Origin: Octopus sinensis
Lineage: Eukaryota
Assembly (NCBI RefSeq): GCF_006345805.1
Contig: NW_021829832.1
Location: 682,001-746,000, forward strand
Direction: 5' to 3'
Length of the DNA: 64,000 bases
In this document: piece after piece, positions 50,401-62,905 of the stretch
Layout of the letters: each line of letters starts with the position of its first letter
Numbering within the stretch: position 1 is the stretch's first letter
Made by a program: the position numbers and the translations under genes
The notes under the pieces: model-generated
Told to the model about the DNA's origin: nothing
Database searches by the model: none
The model's input: only the letters and a program-made list of their open reading frames with translations

Positions 50401-51377
50401 CAGTAAAACCTCTGGTGCTCGCCACCTCTATTGCTCGCCACATATTTTCCAAAAAATTAAAAATTTCTAGTAAATTTTGATAAATATTCTATTGCTCGCC
50501 ATTTTCTAAATCTCGCCATTAATTTTTAAAAATATTTTTTTTGGTTAAACTATTTTTTATATAAAATATTTCAACCATGCTAAAAATTCAACATGCGTAA
50601 GTGCACAAGATTGTCTTTTAATGAAAAACGTCGCATTATTGCGTACATGGAGGAGAACAAAAGTCTCACGATGGACCTTATAGCTTATATTTTTTTTCTG
50701 TTTTGAAGAAAAAAATATCTCGAAGGGCTGTAAACGAATTTAGACTTGGAAAAGAGAAAATAATGTCTACTGATCCTATTTTCTCCAATAAGAGGAGATT
50801 ATCTAACTTAACTTATTCTGTTATTGACACCGAACTATTAACTTGGATGGAATACATTGAGCTTAGAGGGGGGTTTCTGGACGATAATTCAATTTTGTTG
50901 AAAGCAAAGAAGATCGTTAATATTTATGGAATTAAAGAGTTTAAAGCCACCAATGGATGACTAAGCAAGTTCAAGATACGGAACAACTTAAAATTGAGGA
51001 CTTTAAAATTCTTTTAGTTGTGGATCGATGCCCATCCCATAAACTTTACGCTGATTTAGAGTCAATTGAAGTTCTTTACCTACCTTCGAAGACTACAACA
51101 ATTCTACAACCAATGGATTAAGGAATCATTAGATCCTTCAAAGGACATTTTAATAAACTTAAATTTGAGTTTATGTTAGAAAAAATTGAAAATGGAGAAA
51201 ATCCACTCGAAGCTCATAAAAATTAACCTTAAAAGACTTGGAAGGCTCACTTATGATCGGAAAGTATCAAAAACCGAGATGTTTTCAAAATTTCAAAGTC
51301 ACAAAAATTATTGATATTTCCATTGCTCGCCATTTTTTCTTCGGTCCCGAAAATGGCGAGCACCAGAGGTTTTACTG
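50401..51377 (+). mobile_element. Internally deleted pogo/Tigger element
   Basis: Perfect 24-bp TIR CAGTAAAACCTCTGGTGCTCGCCA, TA TSD, repeated ATTGCTCGCCA subterminal motifs, CENP-B-like HTH (FKATNG) and DDE remnant LVVDRCPSH..YLP..TT..LQPMD. Confidence 0.9.
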
Positions 51378-51528
51378 TAATTTGTATTTTAATCCGTATA
51401 GTTGACTACTTAGTTTTGCCTGAAGAGTATTTTGAAATTTGAATTTTATGTGTATTATAAATTTTAACAATTAAAAAATATTTTGTATTTGTTGCAAAAA
51501 TGGTTTAAATATTATTACCAAGACAACA

Positions 51529-52500
51529 ATGGACCGAATTAATTTAAATTTGACAGATCTCCGTGCTGCCGACTCCTACGCCGAATATAGGCGGTACAAA
51601 CTCATAAATAAATAATTTGAATCGTGGGCGATGACGATGGAGGGGTTCCTTTTTCTCCGGAAGAGTACGAGAAATACAAGAAAACCGTCGTTTTGCAAGT
51701 AATTCCATTAAATTAAAATACAGAGACTAAAAAACAGGCTTTTTGTCAGTTTTTCGTCCCCTACTGGAATGGACTGTAAACTAATTGGACCAGAAACTCA
51801 ATGTGCATGTCAACACCGGTAAACTAATCAAGACAGTGCAGATACAAGCAACATCGAACAGATTTCAAACAAATCCCTGAACAAGGAATGAGACAACTTC
51901 CGTGTCTTGTAGAAAAGTGTATGTGTTCTTCCTTTAAGTACTTGCCTTTGAACGGATCCCAGCAAATTCGCTGTCATTGCAAGCATTTTGCAGACCAGCA
52001 TGCCAATCTGCTAAAATGCACAAAAAGTTGTTTTTATTGCTATTTTTAGACCAATGTAAATGCGAGGAGTTCAAAACTAGCTTTTCATGCACTTGTGGAC
52101 TAAATTTAAGTCAGCACAAAATCCTGATTGAAACAAGGGAAGAACGTCAAGCACGTGGAATGCCAACGGACAACAAGTCCCATACAAGGCGATGGGTGGA
52201 CTCACTGGGTTCTCCAGTTTGGCAGAAGGCTATATGAGATTGGACCCCAGCGGTGTTGGTATTGTCAATTTTAGTCAATTCAAATAATAGGTGATCAGAT
52301 TCAAAGTTTACAGATTTCTGGGGGCGATCATTCTTATTTGCGACCTTTTGGTTTACTTGTCATCATTACTTGTAGAAAACAGAACCACAGACATGAGGCA
52401 GCCGGGCGAAGGGGAACTTGACTACTATGAGAGAATCTACCAAAAGAAGGCATACTTTTAATTATTATTCTAATAGCAGAATACAAGAAAGCGAGCTTAA
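51529..52500 (+). CDS. FAM221A: FAM221A-like Cys-rich protein, with two apparent 1-nt deletions
   Basis: EYRRIVGDDDGG..FSPEEYEKYK, SPTGMDCKLIGPETQC, LNGSQQIRCHCKHFADQH, GGLTGFSSLAEGYMRLDPSG. Confidence 0.85.
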
Positions 52501-52709
52501 AAATAACATTTAAACAAATAATAACATAATTTAATAATTATATGAGTAGGGTGAATCGATAGTCATTTGAGAGAAGAATTTCAACGCAAAAAATATTGCT
52601 CTTTATTTTTGGACGTAAAAATGTTAATATTTTGTTATTAAAAAGCAACTTGTTAGTTAACTAGAAATGATAAAATACTATCCTTTAACTGGTTTGAGCG
52701 AGCTTGAAT

Positions 52710-53873
52710 CTAGACTAAAACAAAACCAATTACCAAGTCATTTTTGTCATTTTCCAAAAACACTTTGAACATTTTTGGTCCAGTCAACTTGGAAAGCTGC
52801 TCGTCCTGATAATAATATTCAAAGAATATTTACAAGTTGCTTTGATTTTTTCATCAAATTCAAAAAATTCTCACTTTCTGGCTTCTCCGGTTCAGAAATA
52901 TTTGAAAAAGATTTTGTGCGTCCGCGACTCAGGGTTTTTGTAGAATCGACAGTTGAGAGTTGTTCTCGGAGAATTTGAGGGATTTCCTGTTTTTCCATAA
53001 TCTCCGCCACCACAAAGTGGTCAAAAAACCCTTCACATCGGTTCTTGAAGAGACCGACAAGTGTGGGCACGTCAAAGTTGATTTCCCTCTCCGGGCAAAT
53101 GTTCTGCAGATAATCCACAAACGGTTTTGCTATTTCATCCATGTTTTGCTGCAAATATCAACCAATGAATACGTTTGGCGAGTTTTCCCCACTGTTGTTG
53201 GCCGTGGACCCCGACTTGGTCAATTCTGTCAAAAGCCACTGCACTGGAGAGTCCATCACAGAAGAGTCATCTCTTTAATATTACAAAAAATGAAGACTCG
53301 TCAATGAACGTAGATTGTGGCTTTGTATCAGTTTTGTTCAAGTCGATCTGTACCACGGAATCCATGCGGTCCAAGGTTTCCTTCATTTTTGGATCAGTCA
53401 TCGCAATGACCGATTCGAGAACCTTTGCTTGGATTAGAATTCAAACTTCTGGAGATAGACAGTCCTGGAGATGTTCGAAAATCAAAATGGGGTGGTTTTT
53501 TAGTTCGTTTTCGTAGTCAGCAATGAATTTTTGCCGACGTTCTACTGACGGGATTTTATGAGAAAAGTGGGCTTCGTGGTCGGATAAATTCGTGTTGGTT
53601 TTGCATTTTGTTTTTTTGTCAAGTTTAATGAAATATGGACTGATGTCCACGGTTTTTTGTTTTTTTGGCTGTTTTAAAATTAAAATATTTCAAACCTCAA
53701 ATTTTCCTACTTGTGGACACCCACAACGGAAATCGTCAATTCCTTTTTGTAGAAAAGTCCATCCACTTGTGCTCAGATAGTTCTTTTTGTTTTTTCGATT
53801 AAATATTTTAAAATTGGAGTGCAACCGCTCTTTGTACCTTGAGGATTACGCAAAGAACAAACCATGGATGCAT
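52710..53873 (-). CDS. FAM47-family protein
   Basis: PW|YKERL, WTFLQKGIDDFRCGCP and HPILIFEHLQDCLSPE|VLESV..DP match remembered FAM47 motifs. 24-28 nt introns. Ends tentative. Confidence 0.65.
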
Positions 53874-54162
53874 AATTCTATGACTACTTATATTATATAT
53901 TTCCAAATGATATTATTTATAATCATTTATTCAAACAAATATTTATTTTTCGAGTTTACGTAAAAATACTTTACTATTCTCCATGATGATAATTTTATTT
54001 ATTTAAATGATGATAATAAACCGATCAAGTTTTGGGTTATTTTTATTTGTCCAGTCATTTGACTTTCTGACGTCGTCATGTTCAGATTTTACAAATTAAC
54101 TTATTTTAGATAAAAGATCAACAAAACATCAAAGAATGACTAAAAATGCCGTTTAACGAATA

Positions 54163-54453
54163 CAGTCAAACCTCTATTGTTCGCCATATTTTTTCAAAAA
54201 ATTGAAAATTTCTAAAAGAACCTTTATTGCTTGCCAATCTACATGAAATTACTAATTTTAAAGCTAGCAATGTGTGACTTTCTGAATTCAAGAAACAGAA
54301 CAATATAGTTAAAAACTTTTCCCAGAGTCTTAAATTTTTAAATAATTAATTATAATTCAAGCCGGAAGTGCAAAACGTCTTTGTTCGCCAAATTCTAAAT
54401 CTTGACAAGATTTGGCCGGTCCCTAAAAGTGGAGAAATTTAGAGATTTAACTG
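54163..54453. mobile_element. Degenerate pogo-type MITE
   Basis: TA-CAGTCAAACCTCT... and ...AGAGATTTAACTG-TA imperfect TIRs related to the 50401 element. Confidence 0.55.
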
Positions 54454-54602
54454 TATGTTAAAAATCAGGTTAAAGTCAACTATTTTTGTATCTTAATAGG
54501 GAAAGTTGAAACAGAATTAGGATGCTTTAAATTAGCAATAAATTTATTTGTTAGTTTATCTTCTTAGATAAGTCAAATTATTTTTAAAGTCGAAATATGC
54601 GG

Positions 54603-56500
54603 CTAATTCTGAACAGAAACATATTTACTATTACCTGCGAGTAATTTAATTTTGTAATATTTGACACCATCCTTGCAAATCCCCAACACTCGTATGTCCT
54701 CGAACAGTTCATTAAATAAGGGAATATTGAATTGCCCCAATATCCCTTCAAAGGCAGAGATCACTACGTCTTGACGAATCATGCAATCATTTTCATAGCA
54801 ATAATTACGTAATTGTTTGGTCATCTGTTACAAAAATAATTTTTTACTTTTTCAATCCTCGGTTCTCGAGACATGTCAATGTTATTGGTGATATAATCGA
54901 TGACTAATTGCTCTGAATATTTCCTTTCCCCAAAATATATGAAACTGAGTTTTGCATTCGCGTAATCTTGGTCCTACAATAAATAACTACTTCATACATT
55001 AAAGAAAGGATATATTCTACTCATGAAATTGTTAAAGTCTTTTATATTTTGTATTTTAAATTTGTTTAAATGATCTTTTAACAGTTTTAAATAACGAAAA
55101 ATGTTTGCTGAAGATTCGTTATTTATACAGTTTTTGAATAATTTTCCCATCTAGTAAATACAAATCATTACTTCACGTAGAATTCATTTGAGTGATGTTC
55201 TAAGGAGTTGCATATGTCGCCAACTACGAAGGGAACTGTGTTCTTATAGCCGCATTCTTCTTTCAAAAAACTTTGTAATTGCTCCTTGTTTTGAAATAAT
55301 TTTTTAAACTTGTAAAGTCTGTGGAAATTGTTTTTTATTTGAAAAATCTTCGACCATCACGATAAATTTTGAAATTATAATTTTTAACGTTTCCTATAAC
55401 TTTAAACTGTCAAACTACTACCAGTGGAATAATTCTTGGGATATAGCCAGAAATAAAAACGCTTTTTAAATTAAACATTGAAATCTAAAACTTTTTTATT
55501 TATTTTGCCATTTTATCCACATTTTCGTTATTTGAGAGTATTTCAGTTTTTGACGAAATAGATATTCCGCTGCTTCTGTTATTCTTGGAAACCAAACTAT
55601 TTATCACATTAAATTGAATTTATTTGTAATAAATTTGTTATTAAAGAACGAAACTTTAAATAATTCTGAGTTTCAAAGATTGAACTGAGTTCTTCGAATA
55701 TTTTTTGAGATACTTTCGAAAACATAATCTTTGTGATTTATTTAATAGCAAATACGTTTAAAGCTTGAGAATTCTTTGATTTAATTTGATATTTGTCGTT
55801 TTCAAAATCTACAATGCAAGAAATAAATTTCACCGGTGAGAAGTCGCTTAAGCTGATCTCTAAGTTGTTCTTTATTTTTCTCAAATTGATAGTTATTCCG
55901 CATTTCTCGAACCTTAAATCATACAAAAAAATTATTACAGAATCAGAATCTAACTTTTGATCGTTTCTATTTTTACAGTAGAGAGATAAGAATTCTAAAT
56001 CATAAAATATTGTGGCATTAACCATTATCCATTTTGTCAAATAAATTACTGAATTGAGACGTGTAAATCACATTTGTTGCATTTGACTTTGCTAAACACT
56101 TTAATTCGTACATTACACATAACCTTTAGCTTATTCAATATAATTAGCATTTCGCTTGTACTTTGGATTATAATTTGTTTGGAGACTTTAATTTCTCGAC
56201 AAAGACTGATTTTTTAGCTAAAAAATACTTCAAATGAATATTTTTTATTTTTGCGACACTAGTTTTACATGCGTTTAATGTGATTTTTTTTATTTGTAGA
56301 TTTCTTATATTTTTATAGTTTTTTGCGCTAAGTTCTGATTTTTCTATTTGCTGTTCCGATAATCTTTAAAATGAGATTTAATCTCACTTTTTATCAATAA
56401 TAAGAATTTTCTGCTTTGATACCTCGACTTCAGGGTGATTGTGCATGAAAAAGTGTGCCAGTTCAAAATAGGGAATATAATCGCAATTCTCATCATTATT
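54603..56500 (-). CDS. Unidentified multi-exon protein-coding gene (weak PH-like and RhoGAP-like resemblance)
   Basis: Four consecutive 23-26 nt GT-AG introns join exons into one frame between about 55330 and 54603. A further 100-codon exon lies at 55738-56040. 5' end uncertain. Confidence 0.5.
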
Positions 56501-57654
56501 CGACCGAATATGAGAACTGTATATAGCACCTTGAAATTATTTTATAATTATACGATGCAAATAATTTCTTATTTTTCCCGCTAAGGGTCTGAAGTATGAT
56601 ACCTCTTTAATCATCTCGTCGAATAATTCGAAAACAAATGCCGTTGTTTTTGCTGAAAGTAAGGAATTATCTGATAACTCAGTCAATTTTGTCTCAAAAT
56701 TGACAACTAGATGTTATCAACGTACTTAATACCAGAAGATCGACATTTTTTCATTTACACAATTTAAGCAAAAAAACAAACAAATCAATTGCCTAGATAC
56801 AACATAAAGTTCTATAAATGTGAAGTAACTTTTTTGTAACTTAAAAAGACAAAGTCACTTTAGTTGAAAACGTATGCAATTTTTATAATTTTCCGTTAAA
56901 AACGAGAAACTGATAATTTTAATTTGTGAACAAAAAATATTTTTAAACGTTTTTTAGTGATCCGAGCAGATTGTTCACATCTAATCTACTTACATGGTAT
57001 CGAAAAATAACCTAAGGTACAATTTAATTGATTACATGACACTAAAGTACTCCAAAAACCAAACACTAAAGTTTACATCAGATGTTATCGCGTTATGATA
57101 AATTTTGTATAGAACAAAATTTTAAATAGAATCACAACGTTTCTCTCAAATATAATGAACATATCCTTGTTCTTAATTTTGAAAATAAATTTTTAATTAC
57201 TGAAATAGTTTAATATCGTGCATTTTAATAAGCAATGTTTATTCTCCTTTAAGGACAGTTACTTCATTGACCCGTTGCGTCTCGACACCTCTCTTCTTCG
57301 TATTGTAGTAAGAAAGCCAACTTTATATTTGCAAGATTTTCGATTCTCTCATTTACTTTTTTCTTATTACTTCGTTTTTCTTGACATTGCTACAAGACTT
57401 CCAGGTAACATTACCATCTAGCAATCTAGAAATTTTGTATCTTTCTCTTTTATATAGTGCAAGTTAGTCGCAGACTTTTCTGACTTCCTCTTGAAGCTAG
57501 CATCATAAAAGCAAGCAAATGCTTCTTGAATTTTTCAAGGACATTGAGATGAAGGAGCTCTATTGTTTCAAGAGAGAGAATTCTGAAGGCCGTCAGATCA
57601 AAAAAGGGAATACTACGTATGATTCAAGACGGGAACTTATTCTTGACAAGGGAA

Positions 57655-58450
57655 ATATTTTTTTTATTAAAATGGAAAAGCCAAAAAAAGAGAAAGTTAA
57701 TGAGACAACGTATGCCTCTTCTCCGTTCTTTCCTTTTTTTATGTTTAATTCAAGATTCAAGAGGAAAAGGCTCTCTCAAGAACACTTCCAATCGTTTCCG
57801 TCGTGTCTTCCATCTCTTGAGGGATGGGTTGGTCCAGCTGGGGTCCATTTGCCAATTTGATGGCATATCGTCTCGTCTTTTCGAGCTTAGCGATAATGAT
57901 ATCCCTCTCAGCAGTAGGATACCATTTCTCGAACCCGTAGGTAAGCAATGGTTCGATTACGTTTTATAAACATATAAAAATGTTTCCGGACAAAGGTGGA
58001 AGTGAATTATGCTCCTGAGAATTTGAGCGCATTTCCTTCTCCTCGAGTCGATGTATCTGAAGTAAAAACTTTTGGATCCAACTTCAACCCCAAGGTATTT
58101 CAGGTTCTCCGTTACTGTAAACCCATGGAGGTTTCTCGGCGGTTTTCGTTTAGCTCCCTGTTTTGCAATCCAAGTGGCGGTGCACTTTTCTTTTGCGAGT
58201 TTCAGTTCTTTTGATATGCACCACTCTTCCACTCTTGTCACGTATCCTCTTAATTTCCTCCACGAGATGTCTTTTCTCCACGAAGCATTCGTTATTAGTA
58301 TGTCGTCCGCCTAGATCATGAGACGACTGGTAGGATCTTTCGGTTTTGGAATATCAACAACGTAAATATTAAAAAGCAGAGGGCTCAAGACCGAGCCTTG
58401 AGGTACCCTTCTCAAGACGGAGCAGGAAATATTAGTTGCAACTATTGTAA
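57655..58450 (-). mobile_element. LINE RT fragment, longer copy of the 45689-46174 family
   Basis: VPQGSVLSPLLFNIYV, *ADD (stop in place of Y), LKYLGVEV. Near-identical to 45720-46174. Confidence 0.8.
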
Positions 58451-58454
58451 CGAT

Positions 58455-59130
58455 GCCAAAAAGACTGAATCATCTTGCTACAAGATGTGGGAGAATGTCG
58501 AATAGCGATTACCTAAGTCGTCACAATGAAGTGTTAAGGTGAATTCACTTGCATATTTGCCGACAATAAACAGTCCATGAAGTTGAAGACCCACTTCTTT
58601 CAGCCTACAGCCTCTAATGAGGTTGTTAAAATACGGGTGGACACGGCGGTCAAGACAGATACAAGTAAGTAATAATAAACCGGACATTTTTGTCTACAAG
58701 GTTTGGAAAATCATTACGCTCATCAAAGTTGAAATTACTTATAAAGGAAGTCGAGAAATTATATAAATATGATCTCTTAGCAAGCAAATTAAAGTTAATA
58801 TAGAATGGAAAAGTGAACGTCGTTCTCACATTGAATGGAATAGTATCCAAATTTGACAAGCACTATGCAAACTTTCTAAAAGTCAAAGATGCAACTCGTG
58901 CCTATGTCCAGACGAACGTAATTAAAAAGACATTAGAGAGCATGCGTCCTGGACACAAACTCTCAACTACGGCGGCAAATCACGTAAAAGTATTGCAATG
59001 GATGTTGGAGCAATTAGTGAGCGGCTGAATGGAGGAAGTAGCCACCATCAGACATCAGTTGAACCTGTCGAGCATACGGAAGCTGTATCCTGGCCTATGA
59101 TCGTGGCAGAATGAGGGAGATTGGAAGCAA
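58455..59130 (+). mobile_element. Degenerate R4/Dong-like RLE C-terminal fragment with 3' UTR
   Basis: NKPDIFVY..IKVEIT..KYDLLA..NGIVSK..AYVQTNVIKKTLES. Confidence 0.6.
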
Positions 59131-59175
59131 AAAGGAGAAATCTATATATAAAATATTATTCCAAATTAATTAATG

Positions 59176-59939
59176 TGACCGGTTCATAATGAGATACGGT
59201 TGAATACGAGCCGCTAAAAAAATCGTAATTAAAGACCGATTCAAAAGGCCAATTAATATAAAGACAAACGTTCCGATACTAATGAACGAACTAAATTTTT
59301 GAAAATATAGTTTTGATTTTGAACCATGCTTGCTGTAAAATAGTAAAATTATTTACAACATTAGGAAATTATAATGTGCTTATTTTTATTTTCGATAATA
59401 AAAATGCAACATTAGCAAATTATAATTTACATCTAATTTTTGGCAACTTTTGAACAACCTTAACTTTACCTTAACACAAACCCTAACGTTGGCAAGTGAC
59501 AATAAATTATATTCAAAATTTTTTTTCCATTAAAAATTAAATTAACGGCATTAATACCGTACCTAACCCTAAACCTAACCTGACCCTAACTACCCTAACC
59601 TACTAACCCTGACCCTAACCTACCCTAACCTGACCCTAACCCTGTAACCCTAACCTAACCCTAACCCTGACCTTAACTAACCCTAACCCTAGACCCTAAC
59701 CCTACCCTAACCTGACCCTACCCTAACCCTGACCCTAACCCTGACCTAAACCACCAACCCTGACCCTGAAACCCTAACCTAACCCTATGACCCTAACCCT
59801 AACCTGACCTAACCCTAACCCTGACCTACCCCAATTATTAACGGCATTCACAGCCATTTAACGCTCGTTAACGCCACTTACGCCACTTTAACGTCGTTTA
59901 ACGGCTCGTATTCAACCTGGGCTCGTATTTCACCGGTCA
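59176..59939. mobile_element. Non-autonomous TIR element (764 bp) containing a telomere-like array
   Basis: 38-bp TIR with perfect TGACCGGT (8 bp) and GGTTGAATACGAGCCG (16 bp) blocks at equal spacing. Possible 8-bp TSD AATTAATG/AATTAATT. Confidence 0.7.
59561..59832 (+). repeat. Degenerate interstitial telomeric repeat array (CCCTAA with CCCTGA, CCTAA, CCTGA, CCCTA variants)
   Basis: About 270 bp of irregular 5-6-mer units, flanked by the 12-bp direct repeat ATTAACGGCATT (59541-59552, 59837-59848). Confidence 0.9.
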
Positions 59940-60122
59940 AATTAATTTACTAATTTGTCATTTATAAATAACATTTTTATAATTACTTCTGACGACACAA
60001 TGAAGTTGTAAAATATCTATTTTTATTTGTGCCGTGTCTGAAAGTAAAAGAGGAAGAAAGATAGAGGTTGGGATACATATATGAAAAATTCGAATTATTT
60101 AAAATTTATTCAAACGATACAA

Positions 60123-62600
60123 ATGACTCGGACCATTAGTATTTCGCCAGGCGAATTAACCAATTGGTTGATTATTATAAATCAATAGAAAGAATCAAAT
60201 ATACAGAAAGAAAAATAATTAAGGAAACAAGGAACATAATATTTTTTGATATCGGCCCTTATTTATTGTCATTAAAATTTTTCACAATTATTTTTTATTG
60301 GTTAGCCAAAACTTATGGTTGGATTAATATATTATTTAGTGTTTAATGTACCTTGATAATCTACCTTTTATTGCTGTTGGAAACTCTGATATTAAATTTA
60401 ACATTTTAGAAGGGTGCAAGTCAAAAGAGTAACATTAAATAATAAAATAAATTAAGAAATCCAAAATATCCTCAAAAACTCATAATTAAATTCCAAATTC
60501 CGTCGATGATTAATAAAATTAACATAACATTACACAAATATATGATTCGTTGTATTATTTTATTATTTTTAGCTACAAAAATTAATATTTATTTTGTCAA
60601 AGAACAGAAAAACCTCACACGCGAGGGAAAGACAGCAATGTACAATAAAATTTTAAATTTTAGGTCTATAATTCCTTCAACAAACTGGCATAGTTTGTTT
60701 ACTGTGAATCAAGTACTGTCCATTAAATGCAGCGATGTAAAAGCACTATTTGTAAAATTGGTTTTGCACAGAAATTATAAAAATTATAAAAACTTATATA
60801 ATCAAGTATAACAACATTATTTTAATTTTTAAGGTTGGAATTGAATATTTACAATTTAGCGGAATAACTCTTTCCAATTCAACACATCAAATTAGTCAAT
60901 CAAAAGTATTTTTGTAAAAATTAATTTTAGTTAAATTCACCAGCTCATTTTTACAACAAACAAGGTCAGAGATTATACTAAAAAATAGAAGTTCCTGTAA
61001 TGGTTCATATTCCAAACGGAGAACAACTCGCGATTCAGTTTTTTGGGAATAAAATTGTAAGGAATTGTATTTCATTTAGATAAGTGATTTAATGAACAAG
61101 AAAGTAGAAATTCGGAATAATTCTCTGACACATGTCATTTATGTCGCTAAATCCAAGACTTCACATGACCTTCAATTTGTGAATGGTGCTTTGTACATAA
61201 TACATTGCGGAATAAACGAGCCGAATATAATTGTCGATTTCATGCTGTTAGAACATTAGGTTTTTGGACAATTTTTGAAACTAACGGTGATTATACTAGT
61301 TGATATATTGGGGAAATAGTATGTTTTAGTGTCATTTCATAGTAAAAAATACCAAGTAATTAGAATGTCTCCATTTATTGATTTTGTATTTTATAAACTA
61401 ATTAAAAGAAGTGAATGTTCGGTAATTTTAAAAATGTTTTAAAAATAGAAAAATGATATCAAAATATTAATACATTCCTTTATATTCAACATTATTACAG
61501 AATCAAAAAAAACTGGGATTGTTTGTAATAAACTTTTTTCGAATCTTTTACAGCAAAATTTGACAGAAAATCATGTCAAACGAATTGAACTCGTAGATAA
61601 AATTTTATTCAAATTTGGATTGATCGCACCGTATATATTTAATAATATTCTTTAGATATTTTTCTTTCCAGAAAATTATCTATTTTACAGACCAATTTAC
61701 CGACAATTATACAGAATCGGTGTTGCATCAATTATACACACTATTCAATCATTTAATGAAAATTGACGAAGTCGGTTTATGCAATTACTTAGACAAAAAA
61801 CCTAAAATAAAATACTTTTTTGATTTCGTAATGAAAACATTTTTTGGTGAAGACTCGAATAAAAAATCTTCAGTATTATCATGTAAAATTTTAAATAAAA
61901 AAATTAACAATTTTAGATAAACAACCTTCAATAGATCACAAATCAAATTCCAATCATCAATTTAACTCTATTGAAAAAAAATCTAAATCATTCAGATTGC
62001 CTGTCAAACAAAAAAATATTTTTGATAAAATGTATCAATCAATACAATCCAAAGAAACACATATACTGGATGAAAATAATAATAATTCGAAAAACTCAAA
62101 AAAATATCAGAACGACTACAAAATTTTTTTAATAGGAGAACAAACAGTCAAAAATATGATTAATATATTAAATCTAAATCAATCAAAGTTGATTAATTAT
62201 TTTTATAATATTCAGAATCTGCAAATTTTGTAACGAGAAAATGAAAAAGACCAATCATCTTGAAAAACACTGGGAAAAAGAATGTAAGGCACTCGGACGT
62301 TGCCATTATTGTCATTATGTAATAATGATTTAACCATTTTAATTAGTTAATTGAGCTGGCGGAGTACACAAAACATTTAGAAAATGAATGCAAATCTGTT
62401 AAATGTTTGATCATATTTCTATTTACGTTTTTTTAGATCTTGATGACCGTTTTAATCTGTGCCCAATTTGTCTGATTAGTTTAAATAATCAACTCTACGA
62501 TCATCTTACCACAGAATGTGATCTAAATGAAAGACGATTAGTAAATATGTATTACTGCAAAAAATGACAATTTTAAAAGTACTCATTTCCTGTAAAAACC
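60123..62600 (+). CDS. CEP104: Centrosomal/ciliary tip protein CEP104-like
   Basis: YPQKLII..INKINITLHKYMI..TKINIYF, LFVKLVLHRN..NLYNQV, and C-terminal HWEKEC..RCHYCH..KHLENEC..CPIC..HL..C zinc fingers. Start and end tentative. Confidence 0.7.
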
Positions 62601-62905
62601 ACAAAATTTTTATACCTCACATCATGAAATTTTCCCTTTTTCTATTTATCTATTTTTAATCTTTCTCTATTAAAGTCAAGTGAAAAAAAACGTTTTAGAA
62701 TGTATAGACTTATAAATCATTCAAAAAGTAAATTGAAAATATTTAAGAATACAGAGACGCTACTAAAAAGTTGATGCTTGTAGTAGTGATTAAAAATCAT
62801 GTTTCTATCATCTTGTTTGGACTCAACAAAATTATAGAGATTAATAAAAGACCTACAATTTGGAAACCCGGTACCCATTATTATAGACCAAAGAAATATA
62901 GAAAA

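Noticed and set aside
52450-52476. Another GC-AG intron at the end of FAM221A
   Set aside because: An in-frame stop follows without splicing (KKAYF*), so the intron is not required.
57218-57655. Short ORFs 57218-57421 and 57519 onward as a host gene
   Set aside because: No identifiable motif, and the later part merely runs antisense into the LINE.
59561-59832. True chromosome end or telomere fusion
   Set aside because: The array is degenerate, single-orientation, enclosed by TIRs and flanked by normal sequence on both sides.
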